A stretch of DNA of 64,000 nt from the NCBI GenBank assembly GCA_963790475.1, contig CAWBOS010000006.1:544001-608000 (forward strand), read 5' to 3'. The notes under the pieces were generated by a model, which was not told where the DNA came from, ran no database searches, and saw only the letters and a program-made list of their open reading frames with translations. The translations under genes and the position numbers were made by a program. Shown piece by piece: positions 40,196 through 49,773 of this stretch. Position 1 is the stretch's first letter; each line of letters begins with the position of its first letter. Source of the stretch: an uncultured delta proteobacterium (GTDB lineage Bacteria; Desulfobacterota; RBG-13-43-22).

Positions 40196-40351
40196 GGATT
40201 TCTTTTTATAAGAAAGAAAGGGAAAAGGCAAGACCTTTAGATTAAAGTAATGATAAAAGTAATGATTGACTCCTGTTGCGCTTACCGATAATATTTGGCA
40301 TTAAAAAAAAAGAAAACCCATCTTCCTTATTATTCTTCAATCCAAAGCAAA

Positions 40352-41821
40352 ATGGTTTTCAGCTCACTCCTTTTCCTTTTTTTATTCTTGCCCATCATTG
40401 CAACCGCCCATTTTATTACTTGGAAAAAAGGACGCAATTTTTTTCTGTTGGCGGCAAGCCTCTTCTTTTATACCTGGGGCGAAAAGCAGTTTATCCTGGT
40501 TATTCTTGTTTCCATCCTATTCAATTATCTCCTGGCCATCCTGATGGACACTTTCCTGAAATCACAGCCGGCGAAATCAAGAGGAGCCAAGATCGTTTTA
40601 TGTATCGCCGTTATCTTCAATATTGGAATGCTGGGCTTTTTCAAATACACCAATTTTTTTTTGGTGAATTTCAACAGGATCATCCATTCGTTGGGACTAT
40701 CCTATACCTTCACCTTTTCGATCCTCCACCTGCCCCTTGGCATCTCTTTTTTTACCTTTAGGGCACTATCCTACATAATTGATGTCTACAAGCGGAGGGT
40801 GACCTGTTCGAAGAATCTGGTGACCCTGTCTCTCTACCTGTCCTTTTTCCCTTTAGCCATAGCCGGTCCCATTGTCCGTTATAGCGAAATGGCTGCTCAG
40901 CTGGTAAAACGGGTTATTACCCCGGAGACGTTCTTGATTGGAATGAGGCGATTCATTATCGGACTAGGCAAGAAATGTCTGATCGCCAATACAATGGCTT
41001 CCGTTGTCGACCGGATATTTGCCCTATCCCCCGACCGGATACCCTGGGAAATCGCCTGGCTGGGAATCCTTGGTTATACCCTTCAGATCTATTTTGATTT
41101 TTCGGGCTACTCCGACATGGCGATCGGCCTAGGCAGGATGTTTGGTTTCGACTTCCTGGAAAACTTCAATTACCCTTATATCTCCCAGTCCATCAGAGAG
41201 TTCTGGAGGAGATGGCACATTTCCCTATCCACCTGGTTTCGAGATTACCTCTATATCCCCTTAGGCGGAAATCGTGTCCAGCCCTACAGGATATATAGAA
41301 ACCTGATCATCGTCTTCCTGCTCTGCGGGTTGTGGCATGGTGCCCAGTGGACTTTCGTTATCTGGGGGCTGTGGCATGGATTTTTTATTGTTTTGGAGCA
41401 TCTTGGATTCGGCAGGCTGATCGATTCATTGTGGAAACCTTTGAGACATCTGTATGCCCTGCTGGTCGTCATCTTCGGTTGGGTATTCTTCCGTTCGGAA
41501 TCTCTATCCTATGCCATGGCCTATTTTCAGACTTTGTTGGGGTTGACGAAGGGAAACGGGTTGGAATATCCCCTGGCTTTATTTATGAATAGGGAAATTG
41601 CCGCAGCCCTCTGTGCCGGTGTGATCTTTTCCGCACCGGTTGTAGCTTTTGCCGACCGGCTGAAAAAGAAGGTTCTCACTCGATCCGGTACATTTTGCAT
41701 TGGGTTTGTAGATAATGGAGTCTCCATCGGATATGCGATTATTTTGGGGGTTATTCTTGCCGCATCAGTCATGTCATTAGCCGGTGGAACCTATAATCCC
41801 TTCATCTATTTCAGATTTTGA
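40352..41821 (+). CDS. MBOAT O-acyltransferase (AlgI/PatA/DltB-like)
   Basis: PLGISFFTF, YFDFSGYSDMAIG, FWRRWHISLS, GLWHGA, NPFIYFRF. Confidence 0.92.
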   Translation: MVFSSLLFLFLFLPIIATAHFITWKKGRNFFLLAASLFFYTWGEKQFILVILVSILFNYLLAILMDTFLKSQPAKSRGAKIVLCIAVIFNIGMLGFFKYTNFFLVNFNRIIHSLGLSYTFTFSILHLPLGISFFTFRALSYIIDVYKRRVTCSKNLVTLSLYLSFFPLAIAGPIVRYSEMAAQLVKRVITPETFLIGMRRFIIGLGKKCLIANTMASVVDRIFALSPDRIPWEIAWLGILGYTLQIYFDFSGYSDMAIGLGRMFGFDFLENFNYPYISQSIREFWRRWHISLSTWFRDYLYIPLGGNRVQPYRIYRNLIIVFLLCGLWHGAQWTFVIWGLWHGFFIVLEHLGFGRLIDSLWKPLRHLYALLVVIFGWVFFRSESLSYAMAYFQTLLGLTKGNGLEYPLALFMNREIAAALCAGVIFSAPVVAFADRLKKKVLTRSGTFCIGFVDNGVSIGYAIILGVILAASVMSLAGGTYNPFIYFRF

Positions 41822-41831
41822 TGGGTCGAGG

Positions 41832-42938
41832 ATGAAAATCCCCCAATCATTTATCTCCAACAAAACCGTTTCCCGGCAAACCTTTGAAGGTTCAAAGGGG
41901 ACCGGCCTGAGACTATTCTTGATCGGTTTATTTTTCTTTGTCCTGTGGCTGCCCCTGATAGATATGGCATTCCACGTTTTGCCGGGAACTGAAAATACTG
42001 AAAAAAGAACCCTGGCTACGGCCCCGGAATTAGGATGGAAAAAATTTCCTGATTTTCCCAAAAACTTCGAACGCTATTTCGATGACCGGTTTGGCGGTCG
42101 AAATCTCCTTGTCCGCTTCAACAATTACATCCATGTCAAATGGTTCAAGGTCTCCCCTCTTAAGAGTGTCCTGGTTGGGAAAGAGGGCTGGCTCTTTTAT
42201 GCCCTGGATAAGGGCATCAATGATTACCGAGGCCTGGCCGCCTTTTCACCGGAACACCTGGAGACGATCCGCCGGAATATCCTCAAACAGAAGGCTTGGC
42301 TGCAAGGGAAAGGTATTCGCTTTGTTATCTTAATAGCCCCAAACAAGCATACGATCTATCCTGAATATTTACCCGAGGGGATTACCCGGGTGAATCGGAA
42401 AACAAGATTGGACCAAATATTCGAATACTTGAACCAGGACGAAAAGAAGGTTTTTGTCGATGTCAGGAAGGAACTTGTTGAAGGGAAAAAAGAAGGGTTG
42501 GTTTATTCGAAGACCGACACCCACTGGAACAGTTATGGGGCTTTTATTGCTTATCAGAAGACCATGAAAGCCTTGTCAAAAAGTTTTACCTATTCGGCTC
42601 CCCTGACTGTTTCCAATTTTTGGGTTTCGATTAAACCCAGCCATGGCCTGGGAGACCTGGCGGTCATGTTATCCTTAAATGGGAGACTTAAAGACCAGGA
42701 AGTGGACTTGAAATTGAAAGATGATTCATTGGTCCCTAAAAAGAAAATCCCCAAGGCTGTCATCCTCCACGACTCCTTTATTTTCTCCCTAAAACCTTTT
42801 CTGGGATACCATTTCGATCAGATAATTCTACAACACTGGGGGGAGAGGGGATTCGATTATCGTTTGATGGAGCAAGAAAAACCGTCGGTGGTCATCTTTC
42901 AAGTAGCCGAACGCCGCCTTGATGCCTTGCTCAAGTAG
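41832..42938 (+). CDS. AlgJ/AlgX-like SGNH O-acetyltransferase
   Basis: N-terminal TM helix, GKEGWLF, PNKHTIYPE, TDTHWN, HDSF. Confidence 0.85.
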   Translation: MKIPQSFISNKTVSRQTFEGSKGTGLRLFLIGLFFFVLWLPLIDMAFHVLPGTENTEKRTLATAPELGWKKFPDFPKNFERYFDDRFGGRNLLVRFNNYIHVKWFKVSPLKSVLVGKEGWLFYALDKGINDYRGLAAFSPEHLETIRRNILKQKAWLQGKGIRFVILIAPNKHTIYPEYLPEGITRVNRKTRLDQIFEYLNQDEKKVFVDVRKELVEGKKEGLVYSKTDTHWNSYGAFIAYQKTMKALSKSFTYSAPLTVSNFWVSIKPSHGLGDLAVMLSLNGRLKDQEVDLKLKDDSLVPKKKIPKAVILHDSFIFSLKPFLGYHFDQIILQHWGERGFDYRLMEQEKPSVVIFQVAERRLDALLK

Positions 42939-43019
42939 AGAGGGCGGAAGAGGATATCTTTTGATAACTTCCCTTAGCGCTTCTCTTGCCTGGAATGATA
43001 TTGGGGATCCTGTTCTGAA

Positions 43020-44042
43020 TTACCACTTGGCGTAGTGTTCTTCGGTAAAGCCGGAGGCGTCTTGCAGTTCCCAGACCTGATCCCCGTCCTGTAAGGTCCC
43101 TTCAAACCGGCCAAAAGGCTGATGAAATTTGCTGACGATGAGGCCGACATTTGTATTCGCCGACCGCTTACCCTCGGGCAGGAACCGGAGGCGGACCCGA
43201 CCGTCGTTCGATTCGATGCGCCAGGGCTTCAGGAGGTCCAGGTCGTCATACCGAAAATCCACCACATCAGTCTTGACCAGACGGCCATTGACCCAGAATA
43301 CGTTTTCCGTAAATCCCGTTTCGTTGACCCCCTGGACCAGATTGAAACCGATACGGTTCCCTTCCTTGTCTAAGCCGCCGCCGGAGGACCAGTTCCAGAA
43401 GGTTTGCCGGGCCAGGTAACCCAGCGTATAATCCCGGACACCGAAAGAATTTTCTTCTTGAATATCCCAGGAAATGTCCTGGTGGCTTATCGTCCCCCGG
43501 ACAGGGAGGCCTGCTTCCTTGTGGGTGTAGTTAAAGCCTTTCAGCCCCACTCGGGTCAGGCAGACCAGGGGGTCCTTAACCTTTTGGAAAGAAAGGTTGA
43601 CGGAAAGCTTCCCCTTGATTATCCCTTCGATGGTCAGGGTTTCGGGATCACTTATCATCCGGACCGTTGTTTTCCCGGTCTCGAAATGGATTTCCCCGGT
43701 CAGCGAAGTCCCCTTAAAGATCGCGGCTCCTCCGCCAGGGGTGAGAATATTATATTCGCTGATCCGGCCGCTGCGACGGTCAAAAAGATAGGCGAATAGA
43801 TTGCACATATACCCGAGGCGGACGACGGCTAGGCCGAAGATGAGGTCGTTGTTGCAGAGACCGAGGTATTCCCATCGTTTGATCCGGTAATTCAAAATCC
43901 AGCTCCTGGTGAAAGAGGCTCGGTCTTTTGCGCCGTGAGGACGGAAATCGTTCAGATTGAGAGAGGTCAGGGGCCTTTTGTAGATGCCGAAACGAGGTCG
44001 CCCATCGACGCCGATCAAGGAGTTTTCTTCTGCCGGATTCAT
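43020..44042 (-). CDS. DUF2804-family protein
   Basis: IKRWEY, WNWSSG, ENVFWVNG, FHQPFGRFEG, EEHYAKW. Confidence 0.85.
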   Translation of the reverse strand: MNPAEENSLIGVDGRPRFGIYKRPLTSLNLNDFRPHGAKDRASFTRSWILNYRIKRWEYLGLCNNDLIFGLAVVRLGYMCNLFAYLFDRRSGRISEYNILTPGGGAAIFKGTSLTGEIHFETGKTTVRMISDPETLTIEGIIKGKLSVNLSFQKVKDPLVCLTRVGLKGFNYTHKEAGLPVRGTISHQDISWDIQEENSFGVRDYTLGYLARQTFWNWSSGGGLDKEGNRIGFNLVQGVNETGFTENVFWVNGRLVKTDVVDFRYDDLDLLKPWRIESNDGRVRLRFLPEGKRSANTNVGLIVSKFHQPFGRFEGTLQDGDQVWELQDASGFTEEHYAKW

Positions 44043-44101
44043 CTTTTCCCCTACATTTAGTTTCAGGATATTGACCGTTACCTCACCCCGAACGGATCCC
44101 T

Positions 44102-45376
44102 TTACATCATCCAGGTGGGTCTTTCCGCTATCCATTGCTTGACCGTGGAGTGCAGCCAATCTTCCAGTCCTCTGGCCAGATAAAAAGTGGGAAAAAGCAA
44201 ATGGGTGGTTTTTGTAATTACCCCCTCCTGAAGGGCGATCCGGGCCAGCGGTGTATCCGGATAAATTCGGATACCGGCCGTTATCTTGACCCCTTCCAGG
44301 GGTAAGGCATCGGCAAATTTCAGGCTTTCTTCCACCGTCGCTTTAGTTTCCCCCGGGCCGCCCAAGAGGAGAAAGCCCATACGTCTGATGCCCTGTTCTC
44401 CAAGAACTTGAGAAGTTCGACGCACATCATCGAGAGAAAAATGTTTATTCAGGGCACGGAGCACACTTGGGGAACCGCTTTCAAACCCGATGCTGGCATC
44501 CTGACAGCCGGCCTCGGCCATCAGTTTTGCCAATTCGGCATCGACCTTTCCGGGGTAGAGGATGCATACCCAGCGGGGTTTTGATTTAAGGCCTTTAAGT
44601 TGCCGGCACAAGGCTTTGGCATAGTCCGGCGGGAGATTAAAGATGTTATCGGTAAAATAAAACTGTTCCAGTCCGGCTTCCATCTGTCGGTTGATGTCCT
44701 CAGCCACCGCTTCCGGAGAACGCTTTCGAATCGTTTTTCCTTCGATAGTCGCGGTGGAGCAGTAACTGCAATCCATGGGACAGCCCCGTCGTGTCTGCAC
44801 GGTCATCCAGTATTTCTTGAGATCCCTGCCGGAGCTGAACCAGGAAAAGACATCCTGCCAGGGCAGGGCATCCAGTTGCGGCACAAAGGTCCTTTGGCCC
44901 TGGAGGCCTTTGCCCCGAAGATAAAGACCGGGGAGTCCGGAAAGGTCTTCTTTCCGATGCAGTCGATCTACCAGTTGGGGGAATATGGCTTCCCCCTCTC
45001 CCAGAATACCCATGTCGGCCTCCAGGTACTCGAGAGTCTGTTCGGGAAATATGCTGAAGCCGGCCCCGCCAAGAACGATAGGGGCGGAGGAGAATTGACG
45101 GCATAAGGAAACAATCTCCTTGTTGCGGTCCAAAAGAAAACGGGCCGGTTCCATCTTCTGATCGTCGATGTTTCTTATCGACAGGCCGATTACTTCAGGA
45201 TTAAAAGTACTGATCCCAACCCGAACGGATTCAATGGGGTTCTCTTCTTCCATCAGATCCAAAAGCGTTACCTCATGCCCGGCCTTCTTGGTAGCGGCGG
45301 CTACACAAGCCAATCCCAAAGGCAAGGTACGCATATGGATCTCTTCACGATTGGCAGAAATTAATAATACTCTCAT
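44102..45376 (-). CDS. B12-binding-domain radical SAM protein
   Basis: PLGLACV, SIRNID, RGCPMDCSYC, GPGET. Confidence 0.9.
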   Translation of the reverse strand: MRVLLISANREEIHMRTLPLGLACVAAATKKAGHEVTLLDLMEEENPIESVRVGISTFNPEVIGLSIRNIDDQKMEPARFLLDRNKEIVSLCRQFSSAPIVLGGAGFSIFPEQTLEYLEADMGILGEGEAIFPQLVDRLHRKEDLSGLPGLYLRGKGLQGQRTFVPQLDALPWQDVFSWFSSGRDLKKYWMTVQTRRGCPMDCSYCSTATIEGKTIRKRSPEAVAEDINRQMEAGLEQFYFTDNIFNLPPDYAKALCRQLKGLKSKPRWVCILYPGKVDAELAKLMAEAGCQDASIGFESGSPSVLRALNKHFSLDDVRRTSQVLGEQGIRRMGFLLLGGPGETKATVEESLKFADALPLEGVKITAGIRIYPDTPLARIALQEGVITKTTHLLFPTFYLARGLEDWLHSTVKQWIAERPTWMM

Positions 45377-45444
45377 GGGGACTCCAGCAGACGGTTCTTA
45401 CTTGACCTAAAAATTAATATTGACTATTCCGGATACTGTTACTC

Positions 45445-45936
45445 TTAAACTGATCCTTTATGAATCGGGAGGGTTTGTTTGTTGGTCAAAAAGTCCTGCA
45501 AAAGCCGAACATGGCGTTTTTCTTCTTCAATGATCCGGTCAATCTGGTTCAGGGTCTGTTCATCTTCGATAAAGGCGCTGAGCATTTCATAAAAAAGGAC
45601 GGTGTCCTTTTCAAATTCTATTGACAAGGTAAGCAAACTATCAAGGTCCTCTATCCTTGAGAAATCAGCCTCATCAATGGAAAAGGTGTGATCCCCCAGG
45701 ACCCCTTGCAGGACGGCCTTGCCCATTTCCTCTAACTGGGGATCTTCGAGATCGGTCTTCGTATTTTCTTTGAGCCGTGGAAACCATTTTTCATGTTCGG
45801 CCTCTTCGTCGGCCAGCCACCCGAGCATAGAGGCCAAAGCAGGGTCAGTTACCTGCTGCTGTGCCTTTCGATAGGCCTTTTGTCCGTTGGTTTCGATACG
45901 GACGGCCAGATCGATAATTTCGCCCAAAGTGAACAT
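45445..45936 (-). CDS. Ferritin-like/rubrerythrin family protein
   Basis: Paired E...EExEH and E...EEKRH motifs. Confidence 0.85.
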   Translation of the reverse strand: MFTLGEIIDLAVRIETNGQKAYRKAQQQVTDPALASMLGWLADEEAEHEKWFPRLKENTKTDLEDPQLEEMGKAVLQGVLGDHTFSIDEADFSRIEDLDSLLTLSIEFEKDTVLFYEMLSAFIEDEQTLNQIDRIIEEEKRHVRLLQDFLTNKQTLPIHKGSV

Positions 45937-45944
45937 CTTCCAGA

Positions 45945-46142
45945 TTAACTCGCCACGGCATATTCTACTGACCTTGGATTTTCAATTCGTTTTGACGCAT
46001 CCAAGATCTCCATGCCCACAATATTACCGTCCTTATCATAATCGAGAATGATACCTGGCTTGTCTTCATCACTTTCCTCGATAGAGGCACTGCTAAAAAG
46101 GATGCGCAAGACGTCCACTTCTGGGTCATAGGTTACTTTCAT
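45945..46142 (-). CDS. DUF2283-family putative antitoxin
   Basis: MKVTYDPEVDVLRI...LDYDKDGNIVGMEILDAS. Confidence 0.88.
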   Translation of the reverse strand: MKVTYDPEVDVLRILFSSASIEESDEDKPGIILDYDKDGNIVGMEILDASKRIENPRSVEYAVAS

Positions 46143-46205
46143 GACACCCTCCAATATTTCAAAATCTTACTGGTTCGATAAGCCGTGATCACCATAGCTA
46201 CCATT
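46139..46205 (-). pseudogene. 3' remnant of a DUF4258/RelE-like toxin
   Basis: MVITAYRTSKILKYWRVS* overlaps the DUF2283 ATG (ATGA); the 5' part is missing. Confidence 0.55.
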
Positions 46206-46243
46206 CTTAATAAAATTTGCTATGTTCGATCTCAGATCTCCTG

Positions 46244-46903
46244 TTATATTTCGTTCTTCTCAAGGAAGCTATAGTAGGTCGTTCGGTTAAAGATAATATG
46301 ATCGAGGAGTTTGATGCCCAAGATCTCTCCTGCTGATTGGAGCTGTTTGGTGATTTCAATGTCTTCTTTGCCGGGTTCCACATTTCCCGACGGGTGGTTG
46401 TGGGCAATGATGACCGCGCTGGCCCGGTCCGTTATGGCATCGGCAAAAACCTCGCGGGGGTGGACATGGGTCTTGTTGACCAACCCAACGGAGATGACCC
46501 GCACGGCTATGACTTCATTGGAACCATTTAAGGAAACGCAGAGAAAATGTTCCTGCTTTCTGTCGGCGTAATGCTGAATCAAGGGGAGCACCTCGGCCGG
46601 AAAACTTATTTTAAACCCTTCCGGTTTAATCCTTCTTCGGGCAAATTCAAGAGCAGCAGAAATCAGGGTTGCTTTGGCCGGTCCCATGCCGGCAATACTC
46701 TGCAGGGCCTTACAATCGGGCGTCCCTCCATTAGAATCAATGGCGGTTAAGACCTGGCCGGCAACGGACATCACATCATGCCCTTCAATTCCCCTGCCGA
46801 GAAGAATTGCGATAAGTTCTACGTCGGACAAAGCCTGCGGCCCTTTCTTCATTAGCTTTTCCCTCGGCCTTTCATCCGGTGGAATGTCTTTGACCCGTTT
46901 CAT
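46244..46903 (-). CDS. radC: RadC (JAB domain) protein
   Basis: RPREKL, HPREVF, AHNHPSG and LLDHII motifs. Confidence 0.93.
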   Translation of the reverse strand: MKRVKDIPPDERPREKLMKKGPQALSDVELIAILLGRGIEGHDVMSVAGQVLTAIDSNGGTPDCKALQSIAGMGPAKATLISAALEFARRRIKPEGFKISFPAEVLPLIQHYADRKQEHFLCVSLNGSNEVIAVRVISVGLVNKTHVHPREVFADAITDRASAVIIAHNHPSGNVEPGKEDIEITKQLQSAGEILGIKLLDHIIFNRTTYYSFLEKNEI

Positions 46904-47006
46904 TGACCTTTACCTTGGTATATTCTATGCGCAGTAGGAAATTGCAGCACATAGCAAATACTATATTTTTCCCTCGGTGATATTTGGAAATTCAAACCTA
47001 TATTGA

Positions 47007-47510
47007 TTAAAAGGTCCATTTTTCTTCTTTAATTAAATCAGGAATCCCTATCCATTCCACAGAGAATTCATCGCAGATGTTTGGAATCTTAAGCTTATGT
47101 TGTTTTTTGGGTTGGGAAAGAGGAAGGCTTAAAGAGGGATGTTCTCCTGTTACTACTGTCCAGCTATGTGCTTTAGCGGTAGCAACGACAAAGGGATCTG
47201 CGAGATTCCTTCCTTTTGCAGTCCAGTCAGGATAATTTGAAGATATTTCCTTTAAAGCTTCTTGCGTTATTATGTCAGGATCAATAAATGCTTCCGGGTA
47301 AATTTTTTTTATTTTCTTGATCCACTGTGCAACGGAATGGGTTTTTTTTGTCGCTTCCTGGGCAACTAAAACCGGGATTTTAAGCCGACCGGTTTCAATC
47401 ATCTCCTCAAGACGTTTCCAGAAAGAAGGGAAAAGGTCCGGCGGATACCATCTTATACCGGCATCAAAAAGAGCGCTTGTATCAAAACAATAAATTTTGT
47501 TATGCGCCAT
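47007..47510 (-). CDS. DUF4411 (PIN-like) protein
   Basis: DTSAL...YPPDLFPSFW...ADPFVVA...VVTGE...KIPNIC. Confidence 0.85.
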   Translation of the reverse strand: MAHNKIYCFDTSALFDAGIRWYPPDLFPSFWKRLEEMIETGRLKIPVLVAQEATKKTHSVAQWIKKIKKIYPEAFIDPDIITQEALKEISSNYPDWTAKGRNLADPFVVATAKAHSWTVVTGEHPSLSLPLSQPKKQHKLKIPNICDEFSVEWIGIPDLIKEEKWTF

Positions 47511-48702
47511 GTCTAAAAATTATTGCTCTGCCAAATAATTCCTCTTCTACCGGTCCCATATGTTTAAGATTGATCCCGGTAAGGGAAGCAACATCGGCGG
47601 TCGTTATTAAATCTTCGTAAAGTGCATTAAGTACCAGCTTAGCGTATGTCCTACCAATTTTATTTAGGATACGGTATTTATATGGGACAGGTGCGGATTT
47701 TTCTTTTTTTCTCACCCGATACAATTCATATTCTTTTAAGAAATCCTTTCGTCTTGAAAGATAATGATTTTGATTGGTCTTTCCTAATTCCAATAATCTA
47801 AGAAGCATCGCTTCCCTACTTACCGAATACCGCTGCGCCAAAGGAAAAAGCTTATCTTCCGGCCATTCTGTTTTTCTGTTTGCGGTGTTCACCTCGGATT
47901 CTTCAAGAAGGTAATTCTTCGGCATGAGGATTCCTGAAGCTACCCGGTTGCAGAAAATCTCAGTTATTGAATCAGTGGTGTTTTCGTCCAAAGAGTAATC
48001 TAAAGGATTGCACACCCCGGCACTGTTAATGGCAAGGTGAACTAACTCATGCATTAATGTAAAGATTCGCCCCGCATCGGTATCCTGACCATTTAGGAGA
48101 ATTACAGGGACACCCTCCCCTCCAATGGAAACACCTCGAAAAATATTTAAACTTATCCTTTCGGAAGAAAAAACCAGGATCCCAAGCTGCTCTATTTTTT
48201 CGGTCCAAATTTTCCTGGCAATTGCATTATTTCTCCAATCAAATTGTTCTTGGAGGCTTACCTTTAGGACATCTCTCAGTTTTTCAGATCCCTCTTCGGG
48301 GTCTTCAGACAAATTGACAGAAGGATATGAGTGTAAGCCTCTCTCCCCAAATTCTTCCAAAAGATCAAGCGCATCTTCCCGTAACCGTTGTACACGGCGG
48401 ATTTCTTTATTGAGAATGGGATCGATATAGCCCGGAATATCTGCAACCTGTCTAAAGTCATGAGGAAGCGGCTCATCGGTTGGTAAATCCGATAAATAAA
48501 AAATCGCCGGGGGCTGGGAGTATTTTTCTGCTATGGTATATAATTGTTTAACTGACGGGTATTTTTCACCATTTTCCCAGGAAGTTAGTTTATCTTTCGA
48601 GATGTTGATCTTTTTCGCCGCGACACCAGGGTCCAAACCAATGCGTTCTCTGGCCCATTTTAGGATTTTAGGATTTATTATTGCTTCTGTTCTCGTTTGC
48701 AT
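47500..48702 (-). CDS. XRE-HTH + ImmA/IrrE (M78) Zn-metallopeptidase
   Basis: LKWARER...SWENGEKYPS HTH; FTLMHELVH; EIFCN. Confidence 0.92.
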   Translation of the reverse strand: MQTRTEAIINPKILKWARERIGLDPGVAAKKINISKDKLTSWENGEKYPSVKQLYTIAEKYSQPPAIFYLSDLPTDEPLPHDFRQVADIPGYIDPILNKEIRRVQRLREDALDLLEEFGERGLHSYPSVNLSEDPEEGSEKLRDVLKVSLQEQFDWRNNAIARKIWTEKIEQLGILVFSSERISLNIFRGVSIGGEGVPVILLNGQDTDAGRIFTLMHELVHLAINSAGVCNPLDYSLDENTTDSITEIFCNRVASGILMPKNYLLEESEVNTANRKTEWPEDKLFPLAQRYSVSREAMLLRLLELGKTNQNHYLSRRKDFLKEYELYRVRKKEKSAPVPYKYRILNKIGRTYAKLVLNALYEDLITTADVASLTGINLKHMGPVEEELFGRAIIFRHGA

Positions 48703-48865
48703 ACTTGTTTCTAAGAAGAGCTATTATAAATAATAATCCCCATATTCCCACAATCAAATCTTTTCGTCAATTCAACTTTTAGGGTCTTTGTTTTGGCCCC
48801 GACTCAGATTTTGATCTTCAGTTTGAGAAGATAAATGGGGGGATATTTCTTACATTTTTCTCCCA

Positions 48866-49651
48866 TTATTTTGCAAGATAATACCAGTGTTGCTTTCCAG
48901 GAATGGTTTCTAAATTTAAAGGAGAACAAATCATATTGTCAACTTCGTCCATGATTTGAACCACTAACTGGCTTAATTGAAGAGCTGACAGTAAAGACCA
49001 CTCAACTTTATCTCCAATCTTTATCTTTCTGTCATAATTGATAAATTCAGAGGCTGCAACTTCACATAATTCCTTATCAGCCATATTAGAGTTATGAACA
49101 GCGACATTTCTCAATTCGAAAAAAAAGTTTATGCAGGGTTTATATGATGGATGAAAGTTATGTTTAAATATATCTTCTACAAAGTTCAGACCACGACCAA
49201 GCTTTTTCCACATAAAATTTTTAACATTATGGGGCTTGGCATTGCCTGTCTTATGCTTTTTTGAAAAGGCATCGACCTTTTCTGGAAATCTATTTATGGT
49301 TTCTCTTATGATTTCCGAAAAATATTTCTCGTAGCCACCTAATATTTTGACAGCAGCCCCAAAGGAGGAAAATTCTCTGACTAAGGGTTGGTATTCTCCG
49401 ATTGCACCATCTGAAAGTGAAAATGTAATTGTGAATCCAGAAAACTCGAATCTGTACCAGTCGTCAACAACGTCCGGGGCCTTCGATCTCATAAGCTTTT
49501 GTAGCTCCTCGGCCCGATCTACCCAAAAGTGGGTAAAATTGTTGGCATACATTACTGTTTTTATTATATTGTTACAAGACCAGTAAATGTTGCTTCTTTG
49601 AACGATTCCCAGCTTCCCGTTTAAAAATCCATCTTTATTTATCCCAGACAT
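48866..49651 (-). CDS. Hypothetical HEPN-like protein
   Basis: RNVAVH (RxxxxH) motif in a helical context; AT-rich; start uncertain (49651 ATG). Confidence 0.65.
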   Translation of the reverse strand: MSGINKDGFLNGKLGIVQRSNIYWSCNNIIKTVMYANNFTHFWVDRAEELQKLMRSKAPDVVDDWYRFEFSGFTITFSLSDGAIGEYQPLVREFSSFGAAVKILGGYEKYFSEIIRETINRFPEKVDAFSKKHKTGNAKPHNVKNFMWKKLGRGLNFVEDIFKHNFHPSYKPCINFFFELRNVAVHNSNMADKELCEVAASEFINYDRKIKIGDKVEWSLLSALQLSQLVVQIMDEVDNMICSPLNLETIPGKQHWYYLAK

Positions 49652-49757
49652 TGATTTTATCTCGTTTTTCTTTGATTCTTTTAAATAATTCAGATGCTGG
49701 TTCGTCGTTTGGGTCTTGGGGGACGAGTTCACCACGAAATTTTTTGATCTTTTTCAT
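49635..49757 (-). CDS. 40-aa ORF encoding a second HsdS C-terminal tail (MKKIKKFRGELVPQDPNDEPASELFKRIKEKRDKINVWDK)
   Basis: Translated by hand; GAGGTG precedes the ATG; 49699-49739 is 35/41 identical to hsdS 51343-51383. Confidence 0.6.
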   Translation of the reverse strand: MKKIKKFRGELVPQDPNDEPASELFKRIKEKRDKINVWDK

Positions 49758-49773
49758 TTTCACCTCATTCCCT

